Assembly: GCA_000004695.1 (NCBI GenBank) | Contig: CM000154.2 | Coordinates: 4,224,001 to 4,288,000 of the forward strand | DNA from: Dictyostelium discoideum | Taxonomy: Eukaryota | Direction of reading: 5' to 3' | Length of the DNA: 64,000 nt | In this document: positions 53,036-64,000 of the stretch, piece by piece | How positions within the stretch are numbered: the stretch's first letter is position 1 | Layout of the letters: each line of letters starts with the position of its first letter | The notes under the pieces: model-generated | What the model saw: only the letters and a program-made list of their open reading frames with translations | What the model was told of the DNA's origin: nothing | Database searches by the model: none | Made by a program: the position numbers and the translations under genes

Positions 53036-53975
53036 TATTGTCACCAATTAAATCTGTAACATCTGCACCTTCAATTCACTATACACCAGTAAATGATAAT
53101 AATCAACAACCTCAACTACCATCACAACCCAATGAAGAATTTCAATTTACTGTACCAACTACTCCAAGTGATAAAAAGAAGAAAAGGGGTAGTTTTTCAA
53201 GTAAATTAAAAAGATTAAGTATAACATTTTCCAAAGATTAAAAATTTTTAAATTTTACTTTTTTTCTTTATAGAAAAATCTATCATTTAAATATCAAAAT
53301 AAAAAAAATCTATCACAATCTATAATCAAATCTTTTTTTTTTTTTTTTTTTTTTTTTTTTGATTTTTTGGTGTTTTGAAGATATTTTTTATTTAAAATTA
53401 ATAATTATTTTTTAAAAAAAGGTAGAAAGATAAAAAAACAAAAAGGTTTGGATAAATTATTTAGTGAGAGGCTTCAAATATAATAAATAAAAAATAAATA
53501 TAAAAAATTAATTTTTGGGTCTGAGGTTGAAGTCACACAATTTTTAATTTTTTTATTTTAATTATTTATTATTTTAAATCAATTTTCAAAAATACTGTTT
53601 TTAAGATTGGCATTTTTTAGTGTTTTGAAGATATCTTTTTTTCGATAATTAGTTTTTTAAATTTTTTTATTTTTTTTATTTTTTTTTTTTTTATTTTAAA
53701 GATTCGCACATTCACCAATTAAAAAACACAAACCCTAAAAAATGTAATGAGTGAAAGATAACACTCCATTTTGACACCTGCTTGTGTTGAATTGAACAAA
53801 GATCTAAATCATGGGTTAAAAAAAAAAATAAAAAAAAAATAATAATAATAGACTTAAAAAAAAAAAATATAAATACTTTAAAACTTTTTTTTTTTTTTTC
53901 ATTCCCAAAAATAAATTAAATAACTTTTAAAACAAATAATTTAAATAAAAAAATAAAAAAATAAAAAATAAAAAA

Positions 53976-56282
53976 ATGATTAATATTGAAGATATTTCAA
54001 AATCTTCAAACCAAAGTGAAGAAAAACAATTAAAAAGTACAAGTTCAAAACCAAAATACTCATTCGCAGCAAAAAGTTTATTCAAAGGTTCAAATAATAT
54101 TACACCATATTATTTATCAACCAGTAATACATTCCAATGTGTAGCATCTGAGTCAATTCAAACATGGCTTCTTTCGGATGATGGTCATATCTTTACATCC
54201 AGTGGTAATTTTGTTTTAGATGTTTCATCAGGTGGTTATTTTGTTGAATTAGTACAACTTAATTCAAATTCAAAAACTCAAATTTGGACAATTGATACAA
54301 CAAATAATAAAATTCAAAACCAAGGTAATGGTAATTACCTTGATATCGACTGTTTCAATATTTGTGTTGCACCTTTAAATGGAAACGCAACTCAACAATG
54401 GACAACTTTTAGAAGAGCACCAATTCCAACTGGTAATTGGGGCTACTTTCAAAGTGAACAATTGGGTTCAAATAATTATTGGGGTTTAAGTGTATTAAAT
54501 AATAGTACATCATATAATACTAGTGTAGTAATGAATAAAGTTCAAGCAAAATCAAAAGGTCAAATTTGGCAAATGACAAGCGATGGTCACATTTTATCAC
54601 GTTTGGATGGTAATTTAGTATTAGATATTGGTCCATCAATTAATGGTAGTACAACAAACTATTATTTAAATACCAATGTTTACAAAGCAAATGATCTAAT
54701 GCAACAATGGGGTATCAACGAAAATAATCAAATATTCAATCAATATTATCCAAATTTATGTATTGGATTCGTTGGTCAACTTGGAGTTGATTCAACTGTT
54801 AATTGTGTATTAGCTCAACCAAGTAGTGCTTGTGATACTTGTTTCCAATGGATTGCAAATCCAACCTATTCATTAAACCAAATTGTTAGTGAAGTACCAG
54901 AACCATTTCCAGCTTACACAAGTGGTGATTTATTAGCATCATATCAATACCTTAGTAATGATGCAACTTCTAATTTTACTGATGATATTAGATCACTTTA
55001 TACAGGAATCAATGTTAGTTTACAATCCTTTTTAAGTATTGTCACCAATGCAACTTGTCCATCATCAATTCATTCAACTGAAGATTTTTCAAATGTTCAA
55101 AATCAAATCAAAACTGAACTCATCTATGCAATCGATGTCCGTTTAGTATTTGAAAACTATTCTGGTTTTTATAGTAAATTATTTAGTCAAGGTAGTTCAA
55201 ATTTAACAAATTTAGCAAATTTAATTAATGTTGATATGTCATCTAATCAAATGGTTAATGCAAATTATACTGATGCAATTACTAGTATTTTTTATTCACT
55301 TATTTCAGAGATTCCAGTAGGTGGTTCAATAATTGCAAACATTGGTCAATCAGCAGTAGAATTTGGTGAATTAATGTCTCAAAGTAATTATCAAGGTGCA
55401 TCAACCTATCAAGTTGAATTAAGTCAACTCTACACTCATTTAAATACAAACTATGAAAATGAAATGGCAAATGCTCAAAGTATGAAGGATACCATTTTAC
55501 AAGATTGGGGTATGATGAGTAAAACTTATGCATTATGTTTCTTACCAACCAATGATCCTTCCTCTCTCAATATGAATGGGTTAGACTTTGAAAAAATTTC
55601 AGATGTTGCATCTGTAGCTTACGAAATTGCAATGATTCAAATGTTATTACCAACTACTTATCAAATTTACTTTACATCAGCTGGTTATTGGGTACCATAT
55701 TCAGATGGTGATTTCGCTTATAGTGATAACTCTGGAACCTATATTATGGCCACTATCAAGTATAGTAATTCTTATCCTCCAAAGGAATTGACTGATAAGT
55801 TATGGAATAATGGGGTTTCAAAACAAGAATTTTTCTTGTCAGCTTATGGTTGGAATTTAGCTACCTCGCTCACCTACTACAATACTACTAACCAGTATAG
55901 TAATATCTTTAAATTAGCCTTTCCAACAATTAAAAATTTTACAGGAGTACCAATGCAATTTGTAATGACCAATGATGGTGATAATCTTGGTAATTTCACA
56001 GTCAAAACTCATTTTGCAAAATTCTTTTCAACATATTACAGTGTTGGAGATCTTGGTCATCATTATTTCGACATTGCTGTAACTGATATTAACAAAAACA
56101 AGGTTGCAAATTTCACAGTTGACATTAAATTAAAAGCTCTCGAAGGTAGTTATGTTTCAATCAAAACTGGTTCATTAGTTGTTCAGCCAGGTTATGCTGT
56201 TGGTAATCCAATTTGTAATCAAGGTAGTTATTCTCTAATGTTTTCTGCTTCAATTTTAATTCCAATTTATAAATCAGAATAA
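53976..56282 (+). CDS. ricin-B-type (beta-trefoil, QxW) lectin domain protein with large C-terminal helical plus beta domain; possible toxin-like protein, 768 aa
   Basis: Single ORF. Residues about 40..330 contain repeated QxW lectin signatures (QIWTI, QQWTTF, QIWQM, QQWGI, FQWIANP) spaced as in tandem beta-trefoils. The C-terminal roughly 440 aa has a predicted helical region followed by a beta-rich tail (…[59 protein letters not shown]…). No obvious signal peptide. Confidence 0.65.
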   Translation: MINIEDISKSSNQSEEKQLKSTSSKPKYSFAAKSLFKGSNNITPYYLSTSNTFQCVASESIQTWLLSDDGHIFTSSGNFVLDVSSGGYFVELVQLNSNSKTQIWTIDTTNNKIQNQGNGNYLDIDCFNICVAPLNGNATQQWTTFRRAPIPTGNWGYFQSEQLGSNNYWGLSVLNNSTSYNTSVVMNKVQAKSKGQIWQMTSDGHILSRLDGNLVLDIGPSINGSTTNYYLNTNVYKANDLMQQWGINENNQIFNQYYPNLCIGFVGQLGVDSTVNCVLAQPSSACDTCFQWIANPTYSLNQIVSEVPEPFPAYTSGDLLASYQYLSNDATSNFTDDIRSLYTGINVSLQSFLSIVTNATCPSSIHSTEDFSNVQNQIKTELIYAIDVRLVFENYSGFYSKLFSQGSSNLTNLANLINVDMSSNQMVNANYTDAITSIFYSLISEIPVGGSIIANIGQSAVEFGELMSQSNYQGASTYQVELSQLYTHLNTNYENEMANAQSMKDTILQDWGMMSKTYALCFLPTNDPSSLNMNGLDFEKISDVASVAYEIAMIQMLLPTTYQIYFTSAGYWVPYSDGDFAYSDNSGTYIMATIKYSNSYPPKELTDKLWNNGVSKQEFFLSAYGWNLATSLTYYNTTNQYSNIFKLAFPTIKNFTGVPMQFVMTNDGDNLGNFTVKTHFAKFFSTYYSVGDLGHHYFDIAVTDINKNKVANFTVDIKLKALEGSYVSIKTGSLVVQPGYAVGNPICNQGSYSLMFSASILIPIYKSE

Positions 56283-56399
56283 AAAAATAAAATCATCAGA
56301 ATATAAAAACCAATTTATATTCTTATCAATTATTAAAAATTAAAAATAAAATAAAATAAAATAAAATAAAATCCTTAATCGACTATAAAAAAAAAATTG

Positions 56400-56780
56400 T
56401 TGGATGGTGAAAAGAAAATGATCCCCAATAATAAACTAGTAGTAAATAGTTGAGTTATTATTTATTATTTATTTTTTATATTTTTTTTAAAAATGATTTA
56501 ATTGAAAAGGAAATTCTATGGGTTTGTAAAGTTCCACTGCCATGATGAACATTGAAACCCACAACATTGCATTCTAATAATGAATCATGTTAGCACCAGT
56601 ATCAATATTATTGATTATTTGAAGTGAGTTGTTGAGTTTGGCCTAATCATAAACCAGGTACACATAGTTTATCAGTGAAGGAGGCGTTTGGATGATTGAT
56701 TGTGTTGTTGGTTGAGATGAATCGAAAAGATTACCTTAGTAGCTGATAGAGGTGTTGAACTATTACTACTATATATTATT

Positions 56781-56846
<66 letters not shown>

Positions 56847-57590
56847 GCATTATTTACCAAGTATAAATCCTTTTGAATTGAATTAATAGTCTCATTGCTC
56901 CACGATAATTGGCAGTAGAAGTGGCGATTGACTACTATAATCAGAATCCTAAATTTTTTGTCTTGAAATAGGTGGTGTTGTTGCTTGTGTTTCTGTTACA
57001 AATAAATTTGTAATAATTAGAACAAAGGAAATTACCACCAATATCAATAGCCTTGAGAAGGTGGATCACTAGTTCTACATAATTGATGAATGGAATAACA
57101 AGTATGAGTACGGGTATACCCAGAACGACTAACAGAATCAACGGCGGAACAAACTTTTTGTTTTAGTTTACATCGTGGACAACCATAGCATTACGAATGT
57201 AGAACTATGGTGGATTATTAAAGATATCAAACAATGGATGTCTTGCAGGGTATACGTTGATACAACTGAAGTGACTTGGATACGATCAGGTTTCTCCAAA
57301 CAAATCCAATGATAGATTGCGATGTTTTAAATTTATTCTTCATATAAACCATATGGTTGAAAAGATTGTTACAGATTTACCACCTGTGATAACAATGGGT
57401 TGCATCAATCAACTTCAGAGCGTAGATTTCATGAATTCTCTGGCTTGTTGAGATTTTGTCTCATTTTCTTTTTCAGAGTTACCATTTACTGGCTAGATTC
57501 GAAGAGTAAGAATTGATTCATGAGCTGCAATTGTTTCGATTGTGATGCTGGTGATTTGATATTGTTGTTGATGTTGTAGTTGATGTTGAA
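56400..57590. other. about 1.1-kb GC-richer (roughly 38-40% GC), homopolymer-free, ORF-less island; possible foreign/TE-derived fragment or non-coding transcript
   Basis: Composition shifts abruptly from >85% AT to mixed sequence with no poly(A/T). Stops occur in all six frames (longest ORFs 62 and 66 aa). Contains a (TTG)22 microsatellite. It abuts, at 57596, a copy of the array's promoter-proximal element exactly where a gene body would be expected. Confidence 0.4.
56782..56847. repeat. (TTG)n microsatellite, about 22 units
   Basis: Seen directly within the GC-richer island. Confidence 0.9.
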
Positions 57591-57595
57591 AAAAA

Positions 57596-57734
57596 TAATT
57601 TTTTCTATTGCTCAAATGAAGTTATTATTGGTTTTATGGTGGGAAAAAAAATAAAAAAAATGTTAAAAAAAAATTATTTTTTTCAAATTTAATTATTTTT
57701 ACAACTTAATTTTTTTAATAATTATAAAAAATAG

Positions 57735-57780
<46 letters not shown>

Positions 57781-58100
57781 AAATTAATTAGCAGCATCAA
57801 ACATTAATCGGTGCACAACAATTTTTATTTTTACACATCAAATCTCACCTATATTATTTCAATATCTCACATAAAAATTTATAATTTAAATTGATCTTAG
57901 ATTATATGATAAAAAAAATCATCAAATTTAATTTTTTTTTTTTTTTTTGATGAATTAAATTTCATTAATTTAGTAATAGTAGTTTTTGGTTCTTCATATC
58001 CAAATATAATTTTATTTTTATATTCTTAAATAATTTATTAGAATAAAAAAGATTTTTTTTATTTTTTATTTTTTATTTTTTTTTGAAAGATATTTATGGT
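57596..58100. repeat. about 500-bp dispersed repeat, copy A (array-unit 5'-flank element)
   Basis: Near-identical over about 480 bp to 62184..62670. It starts with the motif ttctattgctcaaatgaagttattattggttttatggtg, which also occurs immediately upstream of the ATG of unit 1 (51040..51080) and unit 3 (60270..60310). Internally it contains …catcaaatttaatt-T(17)-gatgaattaaatttcat…, a T-run flanked by short inverted arms. Confidence 0.7.
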
Positions 58101-58327
58101 TGTGTTCAATTTTAAATTTGTAATCTACAAATTAAAAATAGTAATCCAAAAAAGAAAAAGAAAAAAAAAAAAGAAGATATTTACTTTTTTGATCAAAAAA
58201 AAAAAAACTAATTTCTTTAATCAATAAAACATTAACAATTTTTTACTTATAAAAATTTCCTATTATATTTTTTTTTTTCTCCATAAAAAATTTACTGTTA
58301 TAAATAGTTTATCTGGATTATTAAAAT

Positions 58328-58384
<57 letters not shown>

Positions 58385-58559
58385 GTGATTAACAATTAAA
58401 TATTAAATTAAATTTCATCATCAGTTAGGAATAGTAGTTTTTGTTCTTCAAATTCAAAAATTTAATTTTATTCTTATTTTTTTATTTTTTTTTTTGAAAA
58501 TTTTATAACAAATAATGTCATTTTAATTTCTGGTTTCATTGATTGGAATATTTTGGGTA

Positions 58560-59702
58560 TTGATCCTTCAATTAGTGGTGTATTCATTTTCCTAATGTTA
58601 ATTGCTTTATTGACTTAGTACAGTAGTATAATTTTGTATTATTCTATATTTCAATTTTTTTTAATAATTTCTACAGATTTATCTAATTTACAAATATCTA
58701 ATGATTGATTGAAACTTCTTTGTAAAATAATTTTTGGTATATTTTTGGGTATTGATCCTTCTATTAGTTAGATCAAAGAAATGGTACCTGATATATCTCA
58801 ACTTTAAAACTCTGACACTTGAGGGAATAATACCTGGTTCTAATGATTGGGAAAATCCATCACAAACATAAAAAATATTTACAGAATTGGGGATTGAACC
58901 AATCTTTAATGGCTTTTTAATGTCGTGTAGAAATAAATATTGAACACTCGAAGGAATAATACCAGCTTCAATTAATTGACTAAATCCATCATAAAATGAT
59001 AACCACCAAACACTTGATGGTATTGATCCTTTTACTAATGGTGTTTTAATATCACATATCTCTAAATATTTAATACCAAGTGGTAATACACCTGGTTCTA
59101 AACTTTCTTTAAATCCATCTAATAATATTACATGCTTAATATTTTTATTTGATTTGAGTTTTAATAAACTACCACAATCTTCTCCAAGTGCAATTCTATA
59201 ATTATCTTTTGGTAATTCACTGTTCTCTGAATATATATAATACTTTTCTCCAGTACCAAATTCTATTTTAAATTAAAATGTTAAAATAATTTTTTTATTT
59301 AAATAAATACTTGTTATTAAACATACTCTTTATAAATTTATAATTATTTTCATCAATTTCAATCTTAAATTTTTTACTATTATTATTACTATTATTATTA
59401 ATAAGTTCATATATTAATTTTAAGTTATTTTTTATATCATTAATTTTTTGATTATTGAATTTAATGATTTGATTATTATAATTTTTTAATTTATTTTGAT
59501 TATTGATATTTATATTATTTTTTAATAACAATAATGATTGTTGATATTGTTTAATTAGTTCAATTGTATCAGTACCTTTATGATAACCAATTATATCTTC
59601 ATCACCATAATCGATATCATCATAATTTTGTTGAATATTATTAATATTTTTTATTGAAATATTGAGTTTATCGATCATTGAGATATTATTATTTTTACTA
59701 TG

Positions 59703-59737
<35 letters not shown>

Positions 59738-60176
59738 CATTATTGATTGAAGAGGTTATATTTGCATTTTTTGATGAGTTTTCTTGGAATCCTGTTTCTA
59801 ATTGTTTTTCGATATCTAATTCAAGTATTGAGAGTATGTGATGAAGTTTTTTAAATTCTTCTTTGAGTAATTTTTTATTTTCATCATTTTGTGATTGAAT
59901 TTCATTGAAAATTTCATTGGAATCTTTTAATGTTTGTTTATTATTTCCAATTCTTTCAAGTAATTTTGGATAAACATCATCTTTAAAATTATTCATCATT
60001 GAAAGAATGTTTGATGTTGATATTGGTTCTAATCCGTGACGATGATGAGAACCATTAATGGATGTACATAAAATACAACATGGTATTAATTTACAATCTA
60101 AACATAAAAGTTCCAAATTTTTACTTGGATGAATTGAACATTTTTTATTTTTATTATTATTATTATTATTATTATA

Positions 60177-60224
<48 letters not shown>

Positions 60225-60281
60225 TGCTAATGATATCATAATATAAATTAAAAAGGTGTGATAATTTTTTCTATTATTCAA
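58560..60281 (-). pseudogene. array unit 3: B-box/coiled-coil exon intact (59295..60281, 328 aa) but FNIP-repeat exon internally deleted/decayed
   Basis: B-box [24 protein letters not shown]…[42 protein letters not shown]… has the same GTATGT donor and AATAG acceptor as unit 1. The downstream exon keeps the first few FNIP repeats (59230..58800), then jumps to the terminal …[14 protein letters not shown] block with stops. It might still encode a truncated protein. Confidence 0.45.
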
Positions 60282-60324
60282 ATGAAGCTACTATTGGTTT
60301 TATGATGTTAAAAAAAACAAAAAA

Positions 60325-60356
<32 letters not shown>

Positions 60357-60700
60357 TAAAATTTCTTAAATCTTTTGAGTGTTTGTTTTTAAATTTGTAA
60401 TCTTCTCACACCCACACTCAGACATACCCACACCCTCAATTATTTTTTTATTAATAGAAATAATAAAAATTAATTAACAGTAACTTATTTAAATGTTAAA
60501 AAAAAAAGTTCCAAATACAATCAAATCCATAACATTTTGATACTCAATTTTTATTTATTTTATTTTATTTTATTTTTTTATTTTCCAAAAATATTTAATA
60601 TTTGGATAATAAAGTTCATTTAATTTCTAATGGTTTTGTTGATTAGAATAAAAAAAAAAAAACATAATATTGTAATATAATTTTTTATTATTCTATATTT

Positions 60701-62073
60701 CTAAATTAATTTAATAATTTTTACAGATTTATCTAATTTACAAATATCTAATGATTGATTAAAACTACTTTGTAAAATAACTTTTGGTATATTTTTGGGT
60801 ATTGATCCTTCAATTAGTGGTGTATCCATTATTCCTAATGTTAATTCCTTTATTGAATTTGGAATGATTCCTGGTGTTAGTTGATGTTTGAATCCTTCAT
60901 AAATACTGAGATAGGTTACAGAATTTGGTATTGAATTTACTTCTAATGATTGTTTAGTATCATATAAATATAAGAATTTCACTCCATCACTAATTATACC
61001 TGGTGTTATTAATTGATCAAAACCATTACAGAAATAAATTAGTGACTGATTTAGGAATTGATCCAGCAACTAATGGTACTTTAATATAAAAGAACCACAA
61101 ATATTTTACACTTTCTGGTATAATACCTGGTGAGAGTAATTGGCTAAAACCATTATTAAATGAAATGGATTCAACTGAATTAGGAATTGACCCAATTTGT
61201 AAATTTAAATTAATTTCATAACAAAAGTTTAATGATTTAACACCATTTGGAATAATACCTGGTTCTAGTGATTGAGAAAATCTATGAAGAAATATCAATG
61301 TTTTAACTGTTTTAGGAATTGAACCAATCTTTAATTCACTTTTAATATTATTTAAACTTAACTCTAGTATACATTCGGGTATCAAAGAAATGGTACCTAT
61401 TGATAATGGTTGATTAAATCTATTTTCTAAACAAAGATGAAAAACAGTATTTGGAATTGATCCAATCTCTAATGAATGTTTGATATCCCCTAAGTTTAAA
61501 GAACTGACTTTTGAGGGAATAATACCTGGTTCTAATGATTGGGAAAATCCATCACAAACATGCAAATGAGTTACAGAAATAGGAATTGAACCAATCTTTA
61601 ATGGCTTTTTAATGTCGTGTAGATACAAATATTTAACACTATAAGGAATAATACCAGCCTCAATTAATTGACTAAATCCATCATGAAATGATAACCAAAC
61701 AACACTTGATGGTATTGATCCTTTTACTAATGGTGTTTTAATATCACATATCTAAATATTCAATACCGAGTGGTAGTACACCTGGTTCTAAACTTTCTTT
61801 AAATCCATCTAATAATATTACATGCCTAATATTTTTATTTGATTTAAGTTTTAATAAACTACCACAATCTTCTCCAAGTGCAATTTTATCATTATCTTTT
61901 TGCAATTCACTGTTCTTTGAATATAATACTTTTCACCACTACTAATATCTATTTTTAAAATAAAATGTTAAAATACTTTTATTTTTTACATATATACTTG
62001 TAATTAAACATACTCTCTATAAATTTATAATTATTTTCATCAATTTCAATCTTAAATTTTTCATTTAATTTAC

Positions 62074-62128
<55 letters not shown>

Positions 62129-62197
62129 GTTGTTATTGTTTGTTAATGATATCATAATATAAATTAAAAAGGTGTGATAATTTTTTCTGTTGCTCAA
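60701..62197 (-). pseudogene. array unit 4: FNIP-repeat exon with a frameshift (ORFs 200 and 122 aa in different frames) and B-box exon reduced to 72 aa (zinc finger deleted)
   Basis: ORF 61979..62197 ([21 protein letters not shown]…N-run…[31 protein letters not shown]) lacks the whole Cys/His cluster and coiled-coil. The 61026..61628 and 60701..61069 ORFs overlap out of frame. A degenerate stretch lies at 61640..61960. Confidence 0.55.
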
Positions 62198-62670
62198 AGG
62201 AAGTTATGGTTTTATGATGTGAAAAAAAAAAAGAAAAAATGTTAAAAAAAAAAATAAAAAAAAAAAAAAATTATTTTTTTCAACCTTAAATTAAGTGTTT
62301 GCTTTTAAATTTGTAATCTACTCAGGCACCCATAATTTAATTATTTTTACAACTTAATTTTTTTTAATAATCATAAAAATAGAAAAAAAAAAAAAAAAAA
62401 AAAACAAATTAGCAACATCAAACATTAATCAATACACAACAATTTTTATTTTTACACATTAAATTTTACCTATATTATTTCTATATCTCAGATTATTTGA
62501 TTTTTATCATCAAATTTAATTTTTTTTTTTTTTTTTTTTTGATGAATTAAATTTCATTAATTTAGTCATATCCAAATATAATTTTATTTTTATATTCTTA
62601 AATAATTTATTAGAATAAAAAAAGATTTTTTCTTTTTTTTTTTTTGAAAGATATTTATGGTTATAATAAA
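62184..62670. repeat. about 500-bp dispersed repeat, copy B (5' flank of array unit 4)
   Basis: See copy A at 57596..58100. Co-linear and near-identical, including the T-run with flanking inverted arms. Confidence 0.7.
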
Positions 62671-62925
62671 ATAAAAAAAATGATAAATTAATTCGTCACC
62701 AAAAAAAAAAATGGTGTGTTCTTTTCGAATCGGGCTTTTTTTTATTTTTTTTTAATTTTTTTTTTTTTTTTTTATTATTTTTACTTTCCCACTTTTCATA
62801 TTTAAACTAAAAAAAATCAAAAAATGTAAAATTAAAGTATTTATCTTTTTAATATTAAAAACAATAACAATATATATAAATTAATAAATAAGTTACTCAA
62901 TATTAAATTATTATTATTATTATTA

Positions 62926-62969
<44 letters not shown>

Positions 62970-62972
62970 GGA

Positions 62973-63945
62973 ATGTCACAAAATGATAAGAAAGTTTTTT
63001 ATATTACTGGTGCAAGTAAAGGATTTGGTTTAGAATTAACCAATCAATTACTTGAGAGAGGATTTAATGTTGTGGCAACTTCAAGAAATAAACAACAATT
63101 ATCAAATAGTGTGAATAATAAATTTGTTACAAATGATAACTTTTTAGCATTACAAGTTGATCTCACATCCAATGAATCAGTAAAGAATTCAATTGATGAA
63201 ACAATCTCAAAATTCACTCGTATTGATGTTATCATTAATAATGCAGGTTATTCACAATGTGGTACAATTGAAGAATTAACAGATAAAGAAATTAGAGATA
63301 ACTTTGAATGTAATGTTTTCGGTGTTATCTCTGTAATTCGTAATGCACTTCCACATTTACGTATAAATAAGTTTTTTGCAAATGGGCCTAGAATAATTAA
63401 CATTTCATCAATTGCTGGATTTACAGGATCATTTCCAGGATTTAGTATTTATTCATCAACTAAATTCGCATTGGAAGGTTTAACAGAAGGTTTGAATGAA
63501 GATTTGAAAGAGTTTGGTATACATGCATCAACTGTATTACCAGGTTATTTTAGAACATCATTTTTAGAGAAAGGTTCAGTGGCAGTTCCATCACATCCAA
63601 TTAAAGAATATACAGCAGTTAGAAAAATTCAAGAAATTCATGAAAATCAAATTAATGGTAATCAACAAGGTGATCCTGTAAAAGGTTGTAAAGTTATCAT
63701 TGATCATGCATTATCTGAAAATCCAACAACTCATCTTTTCTTAGGTCCAGACTCAATGAAATATGCTCAATCCAAAATTGAAGCAATTCAAAATGATATC
63801 AAATCAAATTATGTATGTTTTTTTTTTTTTTTTTTATTTCATTAATAATTCTTTATTTAAATCATAATATTAATATTAAAATTTTTATCATTATTGTTGA
63901 ACATAAATTTAGGATGCAGCTTCTAAAACTGATTTCACAAATTAA
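62973..63945 (+). CDS. short-chain dehydrogenase/reductase (classical SDR), two exons, about 290 aa
   Basis: Exon 1 is 62973..63812 (MSQNDKKVFYITGASKGFGLELTNQLLERGFNVVATSR… is the TGxxxGxG Rossmann motif; also NNAGY, and catalytic S…YSSTKFALEGL giving YxxxK; donor GTATGT). Proposed short terminal exon is 63913..63945 (DAASKTDFTN*) after a TTTAG acceptor. The terminal exon is inferred from splice consensus only. Confidence 0.75.
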
Positions 63946-64000
63946 TTTAATAAATAAAAATAAAAAAAAAAGTACAATTTACTATTTAAAAAAAAAAAAA

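Noticed and set aside
53038-53241. Plus-strand 67-codon ORF (…TPSDKKKKRGSFSSKLKRLSITFSKD*) abutting the (ATT)n tract
   Set aside because: It has no ATG (the ORF track used TTG) and is open backwards only through the microsatellite as poly-Leu. It looks like an orphaned 3' fragment left at the unit-2 truncation point. It could be part of a gene whose 5' exons I cannot find.

Overview
The window is extremely AT-rich nuclear DNA with long poly(A)/poly(T) tracts, short AT-rich GTA..AG introns and poly-Asn/Gln coding runs. That composition and the gene content (talin A/filopodin-like, retinoblastoma-like and FNIP-repeat genes) point to a Dictyostelium discoideum-type social amoeba chromosome. There are no CRISPR arrays, rRNA genes or convincing tRNA genes.

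Read 5' to 3', the window holds:
- a SAC-domain phosphoinositide phosphatase, minus strand, running off the left edge;
- a small two-exon protein and a secreted Pro/Thr-repeat protein;
- a cluster of three class-1/2 aldehyde dehydrogenase paralogues (two tandem on minus, one divergent on plus) with an AlkD-like DNA glycosylase gene beside them;
- a Q/N-rich GYQ-repeat protein, then about 2 kb of AT desert carrying two paralogous 35-codon Ser-rich ORFs;
- a hypothetical 251-aa protein, a large single-exon FNIP-repeat protein, a 5-exon UBC E2 (UbcH5-like), an N-rich coiled-coil protein, an Rb-like pocket protein (two exons, 1312 aa) and talin A (7.7 kb);
- a NOL1/NOP2/Sun (NSUN6-like, PUA-containing) RNA m5C methyltransferase, an NSA1/WDR74-like WD40 ribosome-biogenesis protein and an ILVBL/HACL-like TPP enzyme;
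- a tandem array of B-box-zinc-finger/FNIP-repeat gene units (one intact, three decayed), interrupted by a ricin-B-lectin/toxin-like gene and a 1.1 kb GC-richer non-coding island;
- a short-chain dehydrogenase/reductase at the right edge.

The items most worth a second look are:
- an in-frame TAA splitting the talin A reading frame;
- an intron in ALDH A that is a near-copy of that gene's other intron (apparent intron gain), in a gene that also looks chimeric between its neighbours;
- the decaying B-box/FNIP array, where one unit's gene body is replaced by foreign-looking GC-richer sequence;
- the lectin/toxin-like protein;
- a perfect 26-bp hairpin;
- the pair of small Ser-rich ORFs.
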